From NCBI GenBank assembly GCA_013265495.1, contig MU057887.1, positions 3,621,668 to 3,685,667 of the forward strand: DNA of 64,000 nucleotides, written 5' to 3'. Every line of letters begins with the position of its first letter. Within the stretch, counting starts at the first letter, position 1. Source of the DNA: Vicugna vicugna. Taxonomy: Eukaryota. Of this stretch, positions 37,923 through 49,699 are shown in pieces. Position numbers and translations under genes: made by a program. Under the pieces are notes generated by a model, which was not told where the DNA came from, ran no database searches, and saw nothing but the letters and a program-made list of their open reading frames with translations.

Positions 37923-38890
37923 GGCCGGGCCTGCACTTGGCTTGTGGGAACTACAAGAGGGACCGCCAGCCCGAGCCGGGCCCTGCAGCAGCCAGCCTGC
38001 CTAGGTAGTCTGCTCCTGGAGAAAGCAGTGATCTCTGACCCCTGGTGACCTTTGCCTTTGGCACGGGCCTGTTTCCTTTGCTTTGAGTGCCTTTTTGAGC
38101 GCTGCTCTCACGGGACTTGGTTTTCTCAAGCTCTGTCCAAAGACACTCCAGTTCAAGCCAGGTCTCGCCGGCCCAGGGCAGGCGCTTGAGCTGAGGCTGT
38201 CCCTGTCCTGTGCTGCTCTGGGGGCGGTGCTGACACTGACAACGGCCCCGCATCTGACATGTGGGATCAGGGGCACTCCCGCGGCCCGTGGCCTCATCTC
38301 ACCCGGGCAGGGGCACAGGGTCCCTCGTGCTCCTCCCACCCTTGTTTTGGTGTTCTGGGCACGTTTGTGCACAAGCAATGCAACGTTCAGGCCTCTGCTG
38401 CCTGCCCGCCCGACGTGCGTGCGCCTACGAACGTCTTATTTATGGTGTGACCCCACGGAGGGCTATTTATTGTTTAACTTATTTGCCGAGGTTCCTCCCT
38501 CCCAGCTGCCCCGCCTCCTCCAAGCCCCTGTGCCCAGAGAGGGGGCGGCTGGCGTGTGGACCCAGGTCTCCAAACCCTGCGTGTCTGTCGGAAGACGGAC
38601 ACGCACAGCAGCTAGTTTGAGAGGAGCGGCGGCCCCACCGCCTGCGGCCCTGCGCCTGGGGGCGGGCTTAAGTTATTGACTTGTACAGTCTGCTTGTTGG
38701 CTCTGGAGGCTGGGGGATGGGGGACAGAGTCTCAAGCCTTTAATTTATTTCAGCAGAGGTGTTTTTGTGGTCCCAGTTTGAGGGCACTGAGAATAGGGGT
38801 TCTTCCAGTTCAGAAGTGAGATATCTGAAAAATCGTATTTTTTTATACAGGTATTTCAATTAAATTGTTTTGTATTAAACGAATATTCTG
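37923..38890 (+). other. PIM3: PIM3 3' UTR with AU-rich elements and miRNA seed matches
   Basis: TTATTTAT 38436-38443, TATTTATT 38464-38471, TAATTTATTT 38741-38750; CAATGCAA 38376-38383; GTGCCTT 38087-38093; end approximate. Confidence 0.8.
38859..38879 (+). terminator. PIM3: PIM3 poly(A) signals (ATTAAA x2)
   Basis: ATTAAA at 38859-38864 and 38874-38879, followed by GU-rich tctgtgtttactgtg. Confidence 0.75.
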
Positions 38891-41800
38891 TGTTTACTGT
38901 GCTGGGTAGTCTGGAGTGAGGAGGCAGTTTTGGGAGAAGGGGCCCTGGTCCCTGCATCGCTCCCTTTGTGTTTCCGGTGGGGAGGTGGCAGAGGGAGGGG
39001 GCCCAGGCCAGAAGGAATTTCCCCCTGATACTCAGCTTTTGGCCTCCTTGTCACCCCATTATCTAATCCAGCTGCACCCAGGGGAGTCAGAAACAGACTG
39101 TGCCCTCGGGGTCCCCTGAGAGAGGGGCAGGGAGCCAGGCCCTTGGTGGGGGTGTGTTTCCAGCACTAGTCCAGAGGCAGAGGCTGGAAAGGGTTTTGAA
39201 GAATGGCTAGAAATTTGTGACATGGAGGGATGGGAAGGTGCTCGAGGTACAGAAACTAGAGGTGGGTGTGACTGGACCCTGGCCTGATAGGCACAGGGTG
39301 AGGTGTTGGGTGGGAGCCGCAGCCAAGTTGAGGTGTGGACCGGCGGGCCAGGCTGCAGTGTTTCGGGTGGGTCTGGTGGAGGGTCTGGCTGGGCCCCACC
39401 CCACCCCCACAGAGGTTCTCTGCTTGGCAGCTTCTGTGAGGCAGAGGGGAACCCACTGGGCCTGTGAGCAGGCTGTCCAGACAGTCCAGCAGGGCCAGGC
39501 ATGTGGCCCCGAGCCCTCAGAGGCCTGTTCCTGTGTCCCTTGGCCCTGGTGTCCGGCCTGCATACCTGCTGCTGGGCCCTGGGAACCCAGAGTTGGACAA
39601 AGGATGTCCTGGAGCTGCAGGGAAGAGCAGAGGCAGGAAGTTTTGGGAAGTGGAGCTGGAGGAGATGAAGCCGGCCTTTCCTCTGGTGGCGAGCAGAGGC
39701 CGTTGGGTGGGGGCTCTGGGCTTGGTCACTCAGGGAGTCGGTAGGCGCTGGTGACCTGCCTAGGGCTTGAGGGCCCGCTGTTGAGGCCCAGGAACCCAGG
39801 GGGCAGTCCCGCTCGGTGTTGGCTGACACCGTGGAGCAGTGGGGTGTGTATGGGGACAGTCTGTGTCCATGGCCCTGGCCTGAGCCCTAATCGGCCCTGT
39901 GGGGCTCATCTCCTTATGCTCACCCTGCCCCACTTGAACGGGAGTCTCAGGCAGTAGCCCCGCACTCGGAGGTGGAGGGCAAGCACCTCTGCAGCGTTTG
40001 GGCCCCCACATCTCACCCTGGTGACAGCCACTCACGTGTCACTATGGTCCCTGTCCCTCACTTGCCAGCTGGGGGTGCTGTGCCAGTCTTGGGCACCCCT
40101 CCCATTCACTCTCCCATTTTCCATCCATCCTTCAGTCCATCCGTCCACCCACCAGACCACCTGATAACCGCTCACTGAGCTGTTTTGTGCGGGACGGTGG
40201 AGCAGTGGGGGCGCTGCTACCTGATCGGAAGGCTGGGGGCTCTCGGGGCTGGGTGTTCAGGGGGCCGAGTGGGGAGCCACTGCGGGAGATGGCTGGGGAG
40301 GGCTTGGGGGCAGAGGGAAGTGGTGCAGTCAGGTGGTGAGCGGGCGGGCAGGCAGTGGACCCGCTCTGTGCTCTGTCCTTGGCGCCTGCCAACGTCACAC
40401 ATGGAGTCCCACTTGCAAGTTCTGACTCGCATTTTATTGGTTCCACAGACTCCATAGGGTTCCACAGGGTTGTTCGTGCAGGGTCCACCCACAAACCACA
40501 GCCTGGAGAACAGAGGACCGCCCGCTGCAGTCCAGGCCTTCCTCGGAACTGCCGCTGCTCCGAGGTTCCGCCAGGCCTGCTCAAGGCTCCCTGGGCCTGA
40601 GAGCCTGTGTAGGGACGTCTGTGAAGGTGAGGCAGGTGTCGGCTGCTCTACGGTCACAGAGGTGACCCCTGATGGTTTGATGGATACAGAGGCTGTGGCC
40701 ACAGGTGACAGAGCCTCTCCTGCCTGGGGGAGGAGGAAGCCCAGGCCTGTGTGTGTCAGGACCAGTGGGGCCAGCAGACGTGGGCTGGGGCCAGAGGGTG
40801 GGTCCCGAGGTCAGGCCAGGGGTTTGGGGGCTGAGAGGTACTACCTGACACGCGACAGCAGCGGGGTGGAGGGCCGAGCCCACCCCGCAGAGCCTGTCCC
40901 CAGGGCAGGAGGGGAGATGGCGGAGGGGAGCCGCTGCGCCCGTGACCTTTCTGCCTCTGCACGCACTGGGTGCCCCACGAGTACCGCTTTCCCCACCCAT
41001 CCGCTGGCCCAGCCCGGCCTGGGCTCCTGGCGCTGCTGCTGCCCAGTGCCAGCCTGCGTGCTGGGCGGGTCCCCTGCCCCCGGCCGCCCTAGGCGAGGCT
41101 GCTTGCCCAGGCTGCCTTCAGGGAAACTGAGGCCCTGAGAGGCAGGGACCCCCACTGCTGTGCCCCCACGTATCGGGGAGCTACTGAGGGCCTGACTGGA
41201 GACTCCTGGTGGCTAAGGCCTGTGGCGGGTGTGGGTGGCCCAGGACTCTTGTGATGGGTGCGGGCCACAGGAGTGGCGCAGAAGCAGCAGTGCGCTGTGG
41301 GGGGGGTCTTCCCTGGCCCCTGGGGTGGTGAGATTTCAGAGAATCCCTCATGGGTGTAGTCCCAGGTCTCAGAGACGCAGGCAGAATTCCAGGGGTCCGG
41401 CTGGGAGGGGCCTGCCCTGGCCTAGCCCCACCTGCCACCCCTTCTGGCCACTCTGGACTCTGCTGGGCTTGGGTTGTGGGGTGGGGACGGAGGAGGCAGG
41501 GCCCGGGTCCTCTCCCTGGGGCCACCTGTGTGCCAGGCTCTCTTCTCCATGGCTGGCGCTTCCTGACTCCAGACACAAACCTGGGGCTCTGTCAGGATCC
41601 GAGTGGCTGGCCTGCCCTGCGGTCCCCCAGCACCCCCCAAGCCCTGAGGGCTGGCCTGTCCGTGAGGGAGGAAGGCCACAGAGTCCACTTCTTTTCCTGG
41701 AGGTTTGTCCACATAGAGGCCTCTTTCCTGCTCCTGGGAGGGATCTGTCTCAGGGAGTTTGGGCCTTTTCCCCCCAGACTAGATCCTCCCCCCTGCCCAG

Positions 41801-43445
41801 GCAGCCCCCAGGACAGCAGTACCCCATCCTCAGGTGCTGGTGCAGACGCCAGGGCAGGGGCCCCACTGGATGTCATGCTGTGGGGCCTGGGGTGGGCCAG
41901 CCTCCAGCTCTCCTGCTGTCCCACTCTCAGTGCTAGGGGGCTCTGCAGAAGGCGAGGGGCAGGGAGCCACTGTGGGCCCCTCGCCTCCAGCCATGCCAAC
42001 ACCAGGGGTCTGTGTCCCCAGGTGTCTGCAGGCTCCCCTCTACTGGGGTGGGATCCCTTCTGCTTGTCAGAACTAGCCCTGTCTGCCACTGGGGTTGGGC
42101 GCTGGGAGAGTGGCTCCTTGGGACTGAGATGGGGCTGTTCCCATGGGCAGGACCCCAACCCGCCTTGGGGCTGCTGGCACTGACGGCCTCGTGGACGGCT
42201 TGGGGCTGGAGCAGAGGGAACAGGCTACTGCCCTGCCTTCCTCCAGGCTGCCGGCTCCTGGGACAGTCCTGGGTTTCTTCTCCTCCCCTCCGCCCTCTGC
42301 CCCAACCCACCCCCCCTGCTCCCCTGGCCCCAGGAGGCCGCCCAGCCTCCAGCTTCACCTGGTCCAGTGGTTCTGACGCTCTCTGCCAGGCTAGCCCCCA
42401 TCTCCACCCATCTTATAATATCTTGGGTCAGCTTAGTATCGAGTCTCCTTGAGAACCACTGGCTCAAGTTCTGAGCAGCATCCTGTCCTCAAGGGTTTTC
42501 CTTGGGGTTGCACAGAACCTAGAAATCATCATGGAAAGAACGATTTCTGAATATACCATGGCCCCTGGCGGGCAGGAGTGGCTCTGCTCAGATGCGCCCC
42601 CTCCCGTGGGAGCAACACATTACACCCTGGCTGTAGGCCCCCTGAGGGCTTGTGGGTGCTGACCGAGCCCACTGGTGACGGGGGCAGCTGCCTCTCTAGC
42701 CCCCAAACCCACCTGCCCGAGGCCTGCCCAGCTTCCGAGGAGGAGAGTCTGGTCCTCTGATCCAAACCAACCCCCCACAGCTGTCAGGACCTCACTACGT
42801 TTCCTTCCTCCAGTGCGGCCCCAAATGAACCCCCGGAAAAGCTTCTTGGAAAAGGGAAGTGATCCCTGGCAGGACCTGGGAGCCCCACCCAACCCGCTCG
42901 GCCTCCAGACCCCGGCTGGCTGGCTAGCCGGGAATCCCGTGTTGGCAAAAGCAGAAAAAGGAAACAGGAAGAGGGGACAGGCTGGGCAACTCCAGAGGGC
43001 ACGGTGGAGGCCCCGACAGCAGGGGCAGAGGGGCCATCACCTGCCCACGTGACTTCCAGGCAGCCTTGGCAAAACCCGAGCTTCTATTACACAACTGACA
43101 CCCTGTACCACCCCAGCTCCTAAGAGTTCCCGACAGTCAGGCCTGTCCAGGCAGATGGGGCAGGGCCTGGCCCTCCACACTGGTCCCTGCAGATGCTGGC
43201 CAGGCGGGAGTGGGGGGTCCGCTCCTGGGTGAATGAGTGAAGGGCCTCTGCAGGTGGGGGGTCACCTGTACCTGGCACTGAATGAGCCAGGTGAAGGGGA
43301 CTGAGGCTTAAGTCATAAGCAGGCAGGTGGGCCCAACCCACCCAAGGAGGGGGAGGGGCCCTAGGGTGGGACCCCATCCTCTTGAGCTCAGGAAAGTGGG
43401 CCAGCTCTGACATGGCCTCTGGCCCCTCCTGCCCACCCTCCTGCC

Positions 43446-43557
43446 AGGCTCAAGCCTTTGGTGGTCAGGGACCCTGCTGATCTGAGGCTCAAGCCTTTGG
43501 TGGGCAGGGACCCTGCTGATCTGAGGCTCAAGCCTATGGTGGGCAGGGACCCTGCTG
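43446..43557. repeat. 39-bp minisatellite x2.9
   Basis: Unit aggctcaagcctttggtgggcagggaccctgctgatctg at 43446, 43485, 43524. Confidence 0.93.
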
Positions 43558-44409
43558 TCACTGGCCCTACACACCTGCCCTGGAGGTTGGCTTCTGGTCC
43601 AGGGCCTTCGGGCTTCCCTGCCCCACACAGCTTGGCAGGTGGTACCCCTCAGCTGATTCTGTGGGTTCCTCGTGTCCAGCAAGTGGGGGATGGGGGGAAA
43701 GGCGCTGATGCCTGAGGCACCAGGCCAGGCGCACACAGCCCGGGGCCGTCTGCTCCATTCCTTGTGGCCCTCAGGCTCTGAGCAGGGCCTGGGCTTCGGG
43801 GATGGGGCTGGACAACGAGGCCCAGCTGGTGTCAGGCAGCAGGGCCTCTCTGGGTTGTAGGTGCCCTGGATCCTGGGACCAGCTGACGAGGAGGACTGGG
43901 AGGTCCCCTGCCTCCAACCCCGGGCCAGACCAGGCAGGGTGTCAGGGATCCTGGACCCCCGGGCACAGCCCGCGGCTGTGATTGGGCCACTTGCCGATCC
44001 CCCACTTTCGTAGGAGGTGGGAGTGCCAAGGGCCTGGAGACACCTGGGTTGGGGTTTGTATCACAGCACAGCCCGCCCAGCGGGTCCCCACAGAGGCACC
44101 CTCATGTGTGGTGGGGTGCGGGGCCCCACTCTGCAGAGCATCCCAGAGTGGGTCCCCCCATCCTCCCGCCCCCCTGCCCCTCCCCTTCCCCCACCGTCTG
44201 GCTTCTGTTCACCATGCCGCCCCCAAGCCAGCTCAAAGGGCCCTTTTCCCTCCAGAGAGAATCCACACTTCCCAACCCCGGGGCTCATGCTTGCCAGAGG
44301 GGCAGCGGCCCAGACTAATCAGAATGATAGTTTCAGGATGTGACAGATGTGACAGGTCCTGGCGGTGGGACCGTCAGCAGTCATTGTCAGCCTTTCTGCT
44401 GAATGGGCT

Positions 44410-44515
44410 ACTGAGTGGGGCTTGAGAGATGGCTTCCGCAGCTCTGCAGATATCTGGGGAGGGGGAGCTGTGGCAGGGGTGGACAGCAGGTGCAAAGGCC
44501 CTGAGGTAGGCAGAG
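44410..44515. mobile_element. L2 fragment
   Basis: gcagatatctggggagggggagctgtggcaggggtggacagcaggtgcaaaggccctgagg resembles the recalled L2 consensus. Confidence 0.5.
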
Positions 44516-45045
44516 GGGCTCAGGCCACCATACTCGGAACAGGAACAGAAGGGCAGGCATAGGAGGGGTGCAGAGCCTCCTCCCTGCACACTGGCCTTCT
44601 GGTGGCCCCATGGTCCTAGATTCCAGCCCCGCCCACAAACCATATGCTCCGCCAGGGTAAGCTAAGGGTGAGGGGAGCTAAGGGGAGAGGGTGAGGACCT
44701 CAGAGGCCTTGAGCCTGAGCAGAGCCCTGGGGCCGCCCCTGGGCCGTCCTGCTGGTGCTCCGGCCCAGCCCCAGCTCTTGCTGAGATCTGAGGGTTGGGA
44801 CAGGCCAGGGTCTGCAGATCCAAGGCACATGGGCTCCGGAGTCCCCAGTGCCACAGCCAGCTCAGCACGCTTCTCAGCAGGCCAGCGCAGTCACGGGCGC
44901 TGCACGCCCAGGCCCAGAGGAAGCTCCCGGCTCGCTTGGTGGCCTGGCCATCCCTGGGGCAGGTCCCCGCGTCCCAGCTCTGCCCTGCCCGGTCTGCTGC
45001 TCGGCAGCCAGCTCAGGCGCCCCTCTGGAAAGGGCCACAAAACTG

Positions 45046-45290
45046 ATGTGTGCTTGCCCTGGATGTGTGTGTGTACGTGCACACCTGTGTGTACCTGTGA
45101 GTGTGCATGTGGTACGTGTGGGTGGCAGTGGGTGTGTCAATCTGTGTGGTCCGAGGGCGTGCGTGTCTGGGTGCTTGTGTGTGCACATGTACGTGTATGT
45201 GTGTAGGTATGTGTATGTGTGATCCGCGGGTTTGTCCATGCGTGCTTGGGTATCTGTGTGTAGGTGTGTGCACGTGTGTGCACCTGTGCA
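45046..45290. repeat. Degenerate (TG)n low-complexity tract
   Basis: Interrupted gtgtgt/gtacgt/gcac units over ~240 bp. Confidence 0.8.
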
Positions 45291-47054
45291 CAACCTCGTC
45301 TAGGCAGAGCCTGGGCCCAGGCTGCCTCTGCTGTGTGACTCATCCCCCTTCCAAGGGCACAGCAGCCTGTGGGGGTGTCCCTGTGACTCAGCGCCCGTGG
45401 TGGGTGGGAGGTGGGGGAAGCTGGCGATGGGGAGGAGCCTGGGGTGGGCGGAGAGAGGGGTGAGCACGATGCTGCAGCAGTGAGGTCCCGCCCCCGAGCC
45501 CTCCACCCTCCAGCTGCTGCCTGCCTTGGGGTTCAAGAACCATGACGCAACAGGGGCATGGGAAGTGGGGGTTCCCCAAGGGCCGCCGGTGCTGAGATCT
45601 GAGGCAGGAGGGGCTGGGGGCTGGGGCCGAGGGAAGCGCAGAGAGAACGTGGGTGTGCGGGGTTGGGAGGGGTCCCTGCGGTGATGTGGTTGGGCCAGCA
45701 GACAGATTCGAGGGTGGTGTGACCTGTTCAAATGCCAACAATCCAAGCAAGGACCAGGAAGGGGGTGGGTCCCTGAGGTAGAATGTCGGTCAGCGCAGGA
45801 GGAGAGGCTCCCCGGGGCCCTGTCCATGTGCTCAGGAAGCCCAGGGCACGGGGGCCCCTCCCTTCAGCAAGCCACCCCCTCGGTTTAGTGCTCCAGGGAA
45901 GTCCTGGCCGGCACTAACCCGTCCTGGGCCTGAGGACGCCTCTTGCCCCTGGTGGGGGGACCTTGGGACCTGTGAGCAACTGAGAACTCAGAGCTGTGGT
46001 CCACTGGCCTACTGACCCTCACACCCTGGCCCAGCCTCTGCGACATTCTGTCCCCATCCTTGCCACACGTGGTCACCAGGGCCCAGCCATTCCGTCTGCC
46101 CTGCACCTGACTTCCATGCCGGGCTATTGCCGAGGGTGGCTGTCCCTAATGGCCAGGTTAGCTGTGGGCACCTTGAGCCGTCTGGCAGTGCCCTGGCACC
46201 AGAAGCTGGTGGGCCAGGGGAGGCTGGGGTCCACGCCCGGCCCTGGGACAGGAAGATGAAGGTGGGAGCCAGCCAGAATTTTGGAGGCGGGCACCTGCTG
46301 CTGCACTGTTTCCAGGACCACAGGTCCAAGCTCCCACATGGGCCCCCCGCCCGAGCCCACAGATACACAGGGAGGCCAGCCAGGTGTGCGGATCCCCAGC
46401 TGTAGGGTTCACCTGCTGGGTGTTCCATCTCTGGGCCTCAATTCTGTCACCTGACTCCCTCCTGGGCAAAAAGGAACTGAAGTTGGGAGGTGCCCCAGCT
46501 CAGTGGGGATCTGTCAGGTGACAGGAAGGCCAGGGCTGAGTGAGGCCTGGCACACAGGGGTGTGCATGGCCAGGTGAGTGGGGTGGAGGCCACCTTCACC
46601 CTGGCCACACCTCAATGATCTCATCACTCGGGACGAGGCAGCACCGAGTGGAGGAGCCCTGGCCTGGGTGCGGGGGTCTCAGGGAGGGGCAGAGCCCAGG
46701 GCCAGGTGGAGGCTCTTGCGGGGCTGGCCTCCTGGCGCTCATGTCTGCCTCACCCAGGCTGCTCTCCCAGCCCGTCCCCATGCATGTGGCAGGGCACCCC
46801 TACCTCCCCGGACGGCACCCAAGCCTCCCTCTGATCCTCTCTGGTCCCCACCCCTGGGGGGCCATGCTCGCTCCAGGACTTGGGGAGCAATGGTGACAGG
46901 GAGGCCACCACCAGCGTAGAGACCCAGGGGCAGGGTCCCAGCCACACTGTCTAAACTCCTCTTAAAAACACTCGGAGCTACTTTAAACATTTCTCAGACA
47001 GTTCAATGGAAATTTAATAAGATCTGTGAAACGTCTGTGTGAGTGTGAAAGGTA

Positions 47055-49310
47055 TTTTTAAAACAGCTTTCCTGAGGTGTAATTTACATATCCTACAGTC
47101 CACCCACTTCCAGTGATCTCAATGAGCTGCCCACAATTCAGTGATTTTCGTAAAATCTCTGAGTTGTGCCACCACCACCGCGGTCCAATTTTAGAACGTG
47201 TCCCCAGGAGCAGTCGCTCCTCTCCACCCCCGGCCCCTGGCAACCACCCACCTGGTCTCTGTCTTCACAGACTTGCCTTATTTGGACATCTGGTATCGAC
47301 AGAGTCTACCACTGGTGGTGCTCGGTGTCTGGCTGGTTTCACTGAGCACGAGCACCGTGCAGCTCATCCGTGCTGCAACATGTCCATGGTGGGCTCCCAT
47401 AAACATGCTCCGTGCTCGGGAACCCCACATTTTGCTTATCCATTCCCAGCTGATGGACACTTGGGCTGTTTGGGGCTGTTTCGGCCGTTATGAATAAGGC
47501 TGCTATGGACTTCATGTGCACACCTTTCTCTGCGCCTACACTGTCATTTCTCTTAGGTAGATACCCGGGAATGGAATTGCTGGGTCAAATGGGAAACGTT
47601 ATGTTTAACTTTTGAAGAAGTCCGCTCTGCACTGTACATCCCACCAGCAGCGTGTGAGCCCCGGGGTTCCCACCGCCTTGTCCGTACTTGTCACCAGTGT
47701 TCGCTGTGATTACAACCACCCTATCAGGTGTGAAGTGGTGCTGACTTTGGTTTCAATTTGGGTTTCCCTAATACCTAGTGATGCTGAGCATCTTCTCAAA
47801 TTTGATTAGATGTTGCGCCAAAGGAGGTACCCAGCTTCCCTCCTCCTTCTCTGGAGAAACATCTAATCAGGCTTTTGGCCTGTTTTTCATTTGGGCAGTT
47901 TGTCTTGCTGTTATTTAAAATTTCATGTGTAATTGTAAATTGTGCTAATACATAACAATTTAGAGTGTACATGTGTCTTATTTTGAGTTGTGAGTGTTCT
48001 TTATATATTGTAAATACATGTCCTTTATTACATATATGATTTGCAAACACTTAATGAACACCCAGGTTTCATTTTCTTACTGCTGGTATCTGAGACACAA
48101 AGCACTGACTTTTGATTAAGTCCAACTTATATATTTTTTTCCATGGATTCTGTTTTGGTGCTGCAGCTAAGAACACTGTGCGTAACTCAAGGGCACAAAA
48201 GTTTTGTCCTATGTTCCTTTTTAAAAGTTGTATAGCGTTAGCTCTTACAGTTATGTTCACGGTTCACTTTGAGTTGATTTTTGTGTATGGTGTGAGGTAA
48301 GGGTCCAAATGCCTCCTTTTACGTGTGCATGTCCAACTGTCACAGCACCACTTGTTGAAAAGAGTGTCCTTTTCCCCACTGAAAGCTGGGGCATGTTTGC
48401 CAAAAATCACTTGACCATAAGTCTCTGGGTTTATTTCTGGACTTTGGAGTCCGTCCCACTGACCTGTACGTCAGCCCTGGTGCCGGAGCACGCTGTCTTT
48501 GCTGCCATGTCTTTGTAGTAAGTCTTACAACTGGAACCTGTAAATTCCCCAGGTTGGTTCCTTTAAAAAATTGTTTTGGCTAAGGAAAAATACTGTATGA
48601 CACCACTTATATGTGGAATCTAAAATAAAGGACACAAATGAACTTACCTGCAAAACAGAAACAGACTCACAGACATAGAGAACAGACGTATGGTTACCAG
48701 GAGTTAAAGGGGGTGGGAAGAGATACACTGGGAATCCGAAATTTGCACCTCTTGGGGAGCAACGGGAATGTTAGCCGTCTTATTGTGGTGGTGGTCTCAT
48801 GGGTGTAGACATCTATGAACTTCATCAAATTGTACATCTGAAATATGTGTAGTTTACTGTACAGGAACCAGACCACAGTAAAGCTGTTACTAATTGTTTT
48901 GTCCATTTTATGTCGTTTGCATATCCATAAACATTTTATGATCGGATTGCTGATTTCTGCCTCCCAAAAATCCACTCACGTTTTAATGAGATTGCATCCA
49001 ATCTATTAATCAATTTAGGGAGTATTGTCACCTTGACAATCTTCAGTCTTCGCACCCATGAACACTGTCTCGTTTATTCAGACTTCTTTGACATCTCTTA
49101 GAAATGCGGTGCAGCTTTAAGCGTACGGGTCTCGCATGCCTCTTGTTAGACATGTTCCTATTCATTGTATTCTTTTAAGTGGTGGTGTAAATAGAGGTGT
49201 TTTCTCAATTTCATTTTTGGATTGTCCACTGCTAACGTATGGAAATATGGTTGGTTTTTATGCACCAATCTTGAGTCCTGTAACCTTGCTGGACTTACTC
49301 ATTGGCAGCT
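47055..49310 (-). mobile_element. Old L1 (L1MB/ME-like) 3' UTR and ORF2, antisense, interrupted near 48583-48890
   Basis: Starts acagctttcctgaggtgtaatttacata; includes gatggacacttgggctgttt, ggaattgctgggtcaaatgg, cagcaccacttgttgaaaagag; T-rich on +. Confidence 0.8.
48583..48890 (+). mobile_element. Nested + strand L1 3' UTR pieces
   Basis: cacttatatgtggaatctaaaa...aacagaaacagactcacagacatagagaacaga (younger-type 3' end), then an L1MC/MD-like tail ending cagtaaagctgtt. Confidence 0.7.
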
Positions 49311-49699
49311 TTTTCCCTCTATGTCCTCGTGCCATTTGGCCCCAAATGCATCACAAATGCAGAAATGGGTGGTTTCTGGTGGAGGAAAGGGGAACCTTGG
49401 GTGTCTGGTAAGTGCCAGGCAAATAAAAGAGGAAGCAGTCCAGGGAAGTGACTCCAGAAGAATCGCAGTTTTGACTCCTCATCTCACCCCTAATCCAAGC
49501 GCATGGGTCTGATCCTAATTAGCATATCAAGTATTTGGAAAACTGATCTGACAGGGAGACCTCCACCCAAGTCTCAGAGCGAGCGTGAGGCAGTGCAGAT
49601 GAGGGGGCAGACCTGATCATAACAGCGAAGACTAAGTACCCGGCAGACGTGGGCACCACAGCCCACGGGAGAGCGAAACAAGGACACGGACATTCCCCA

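Noticed and set aside
43446..43557. Palindromic 39-bp repeats as a CRISPR-like array
   Set aside because: Units are contiguous with no unique spacers, there are no cas genes, and the context is mammalian
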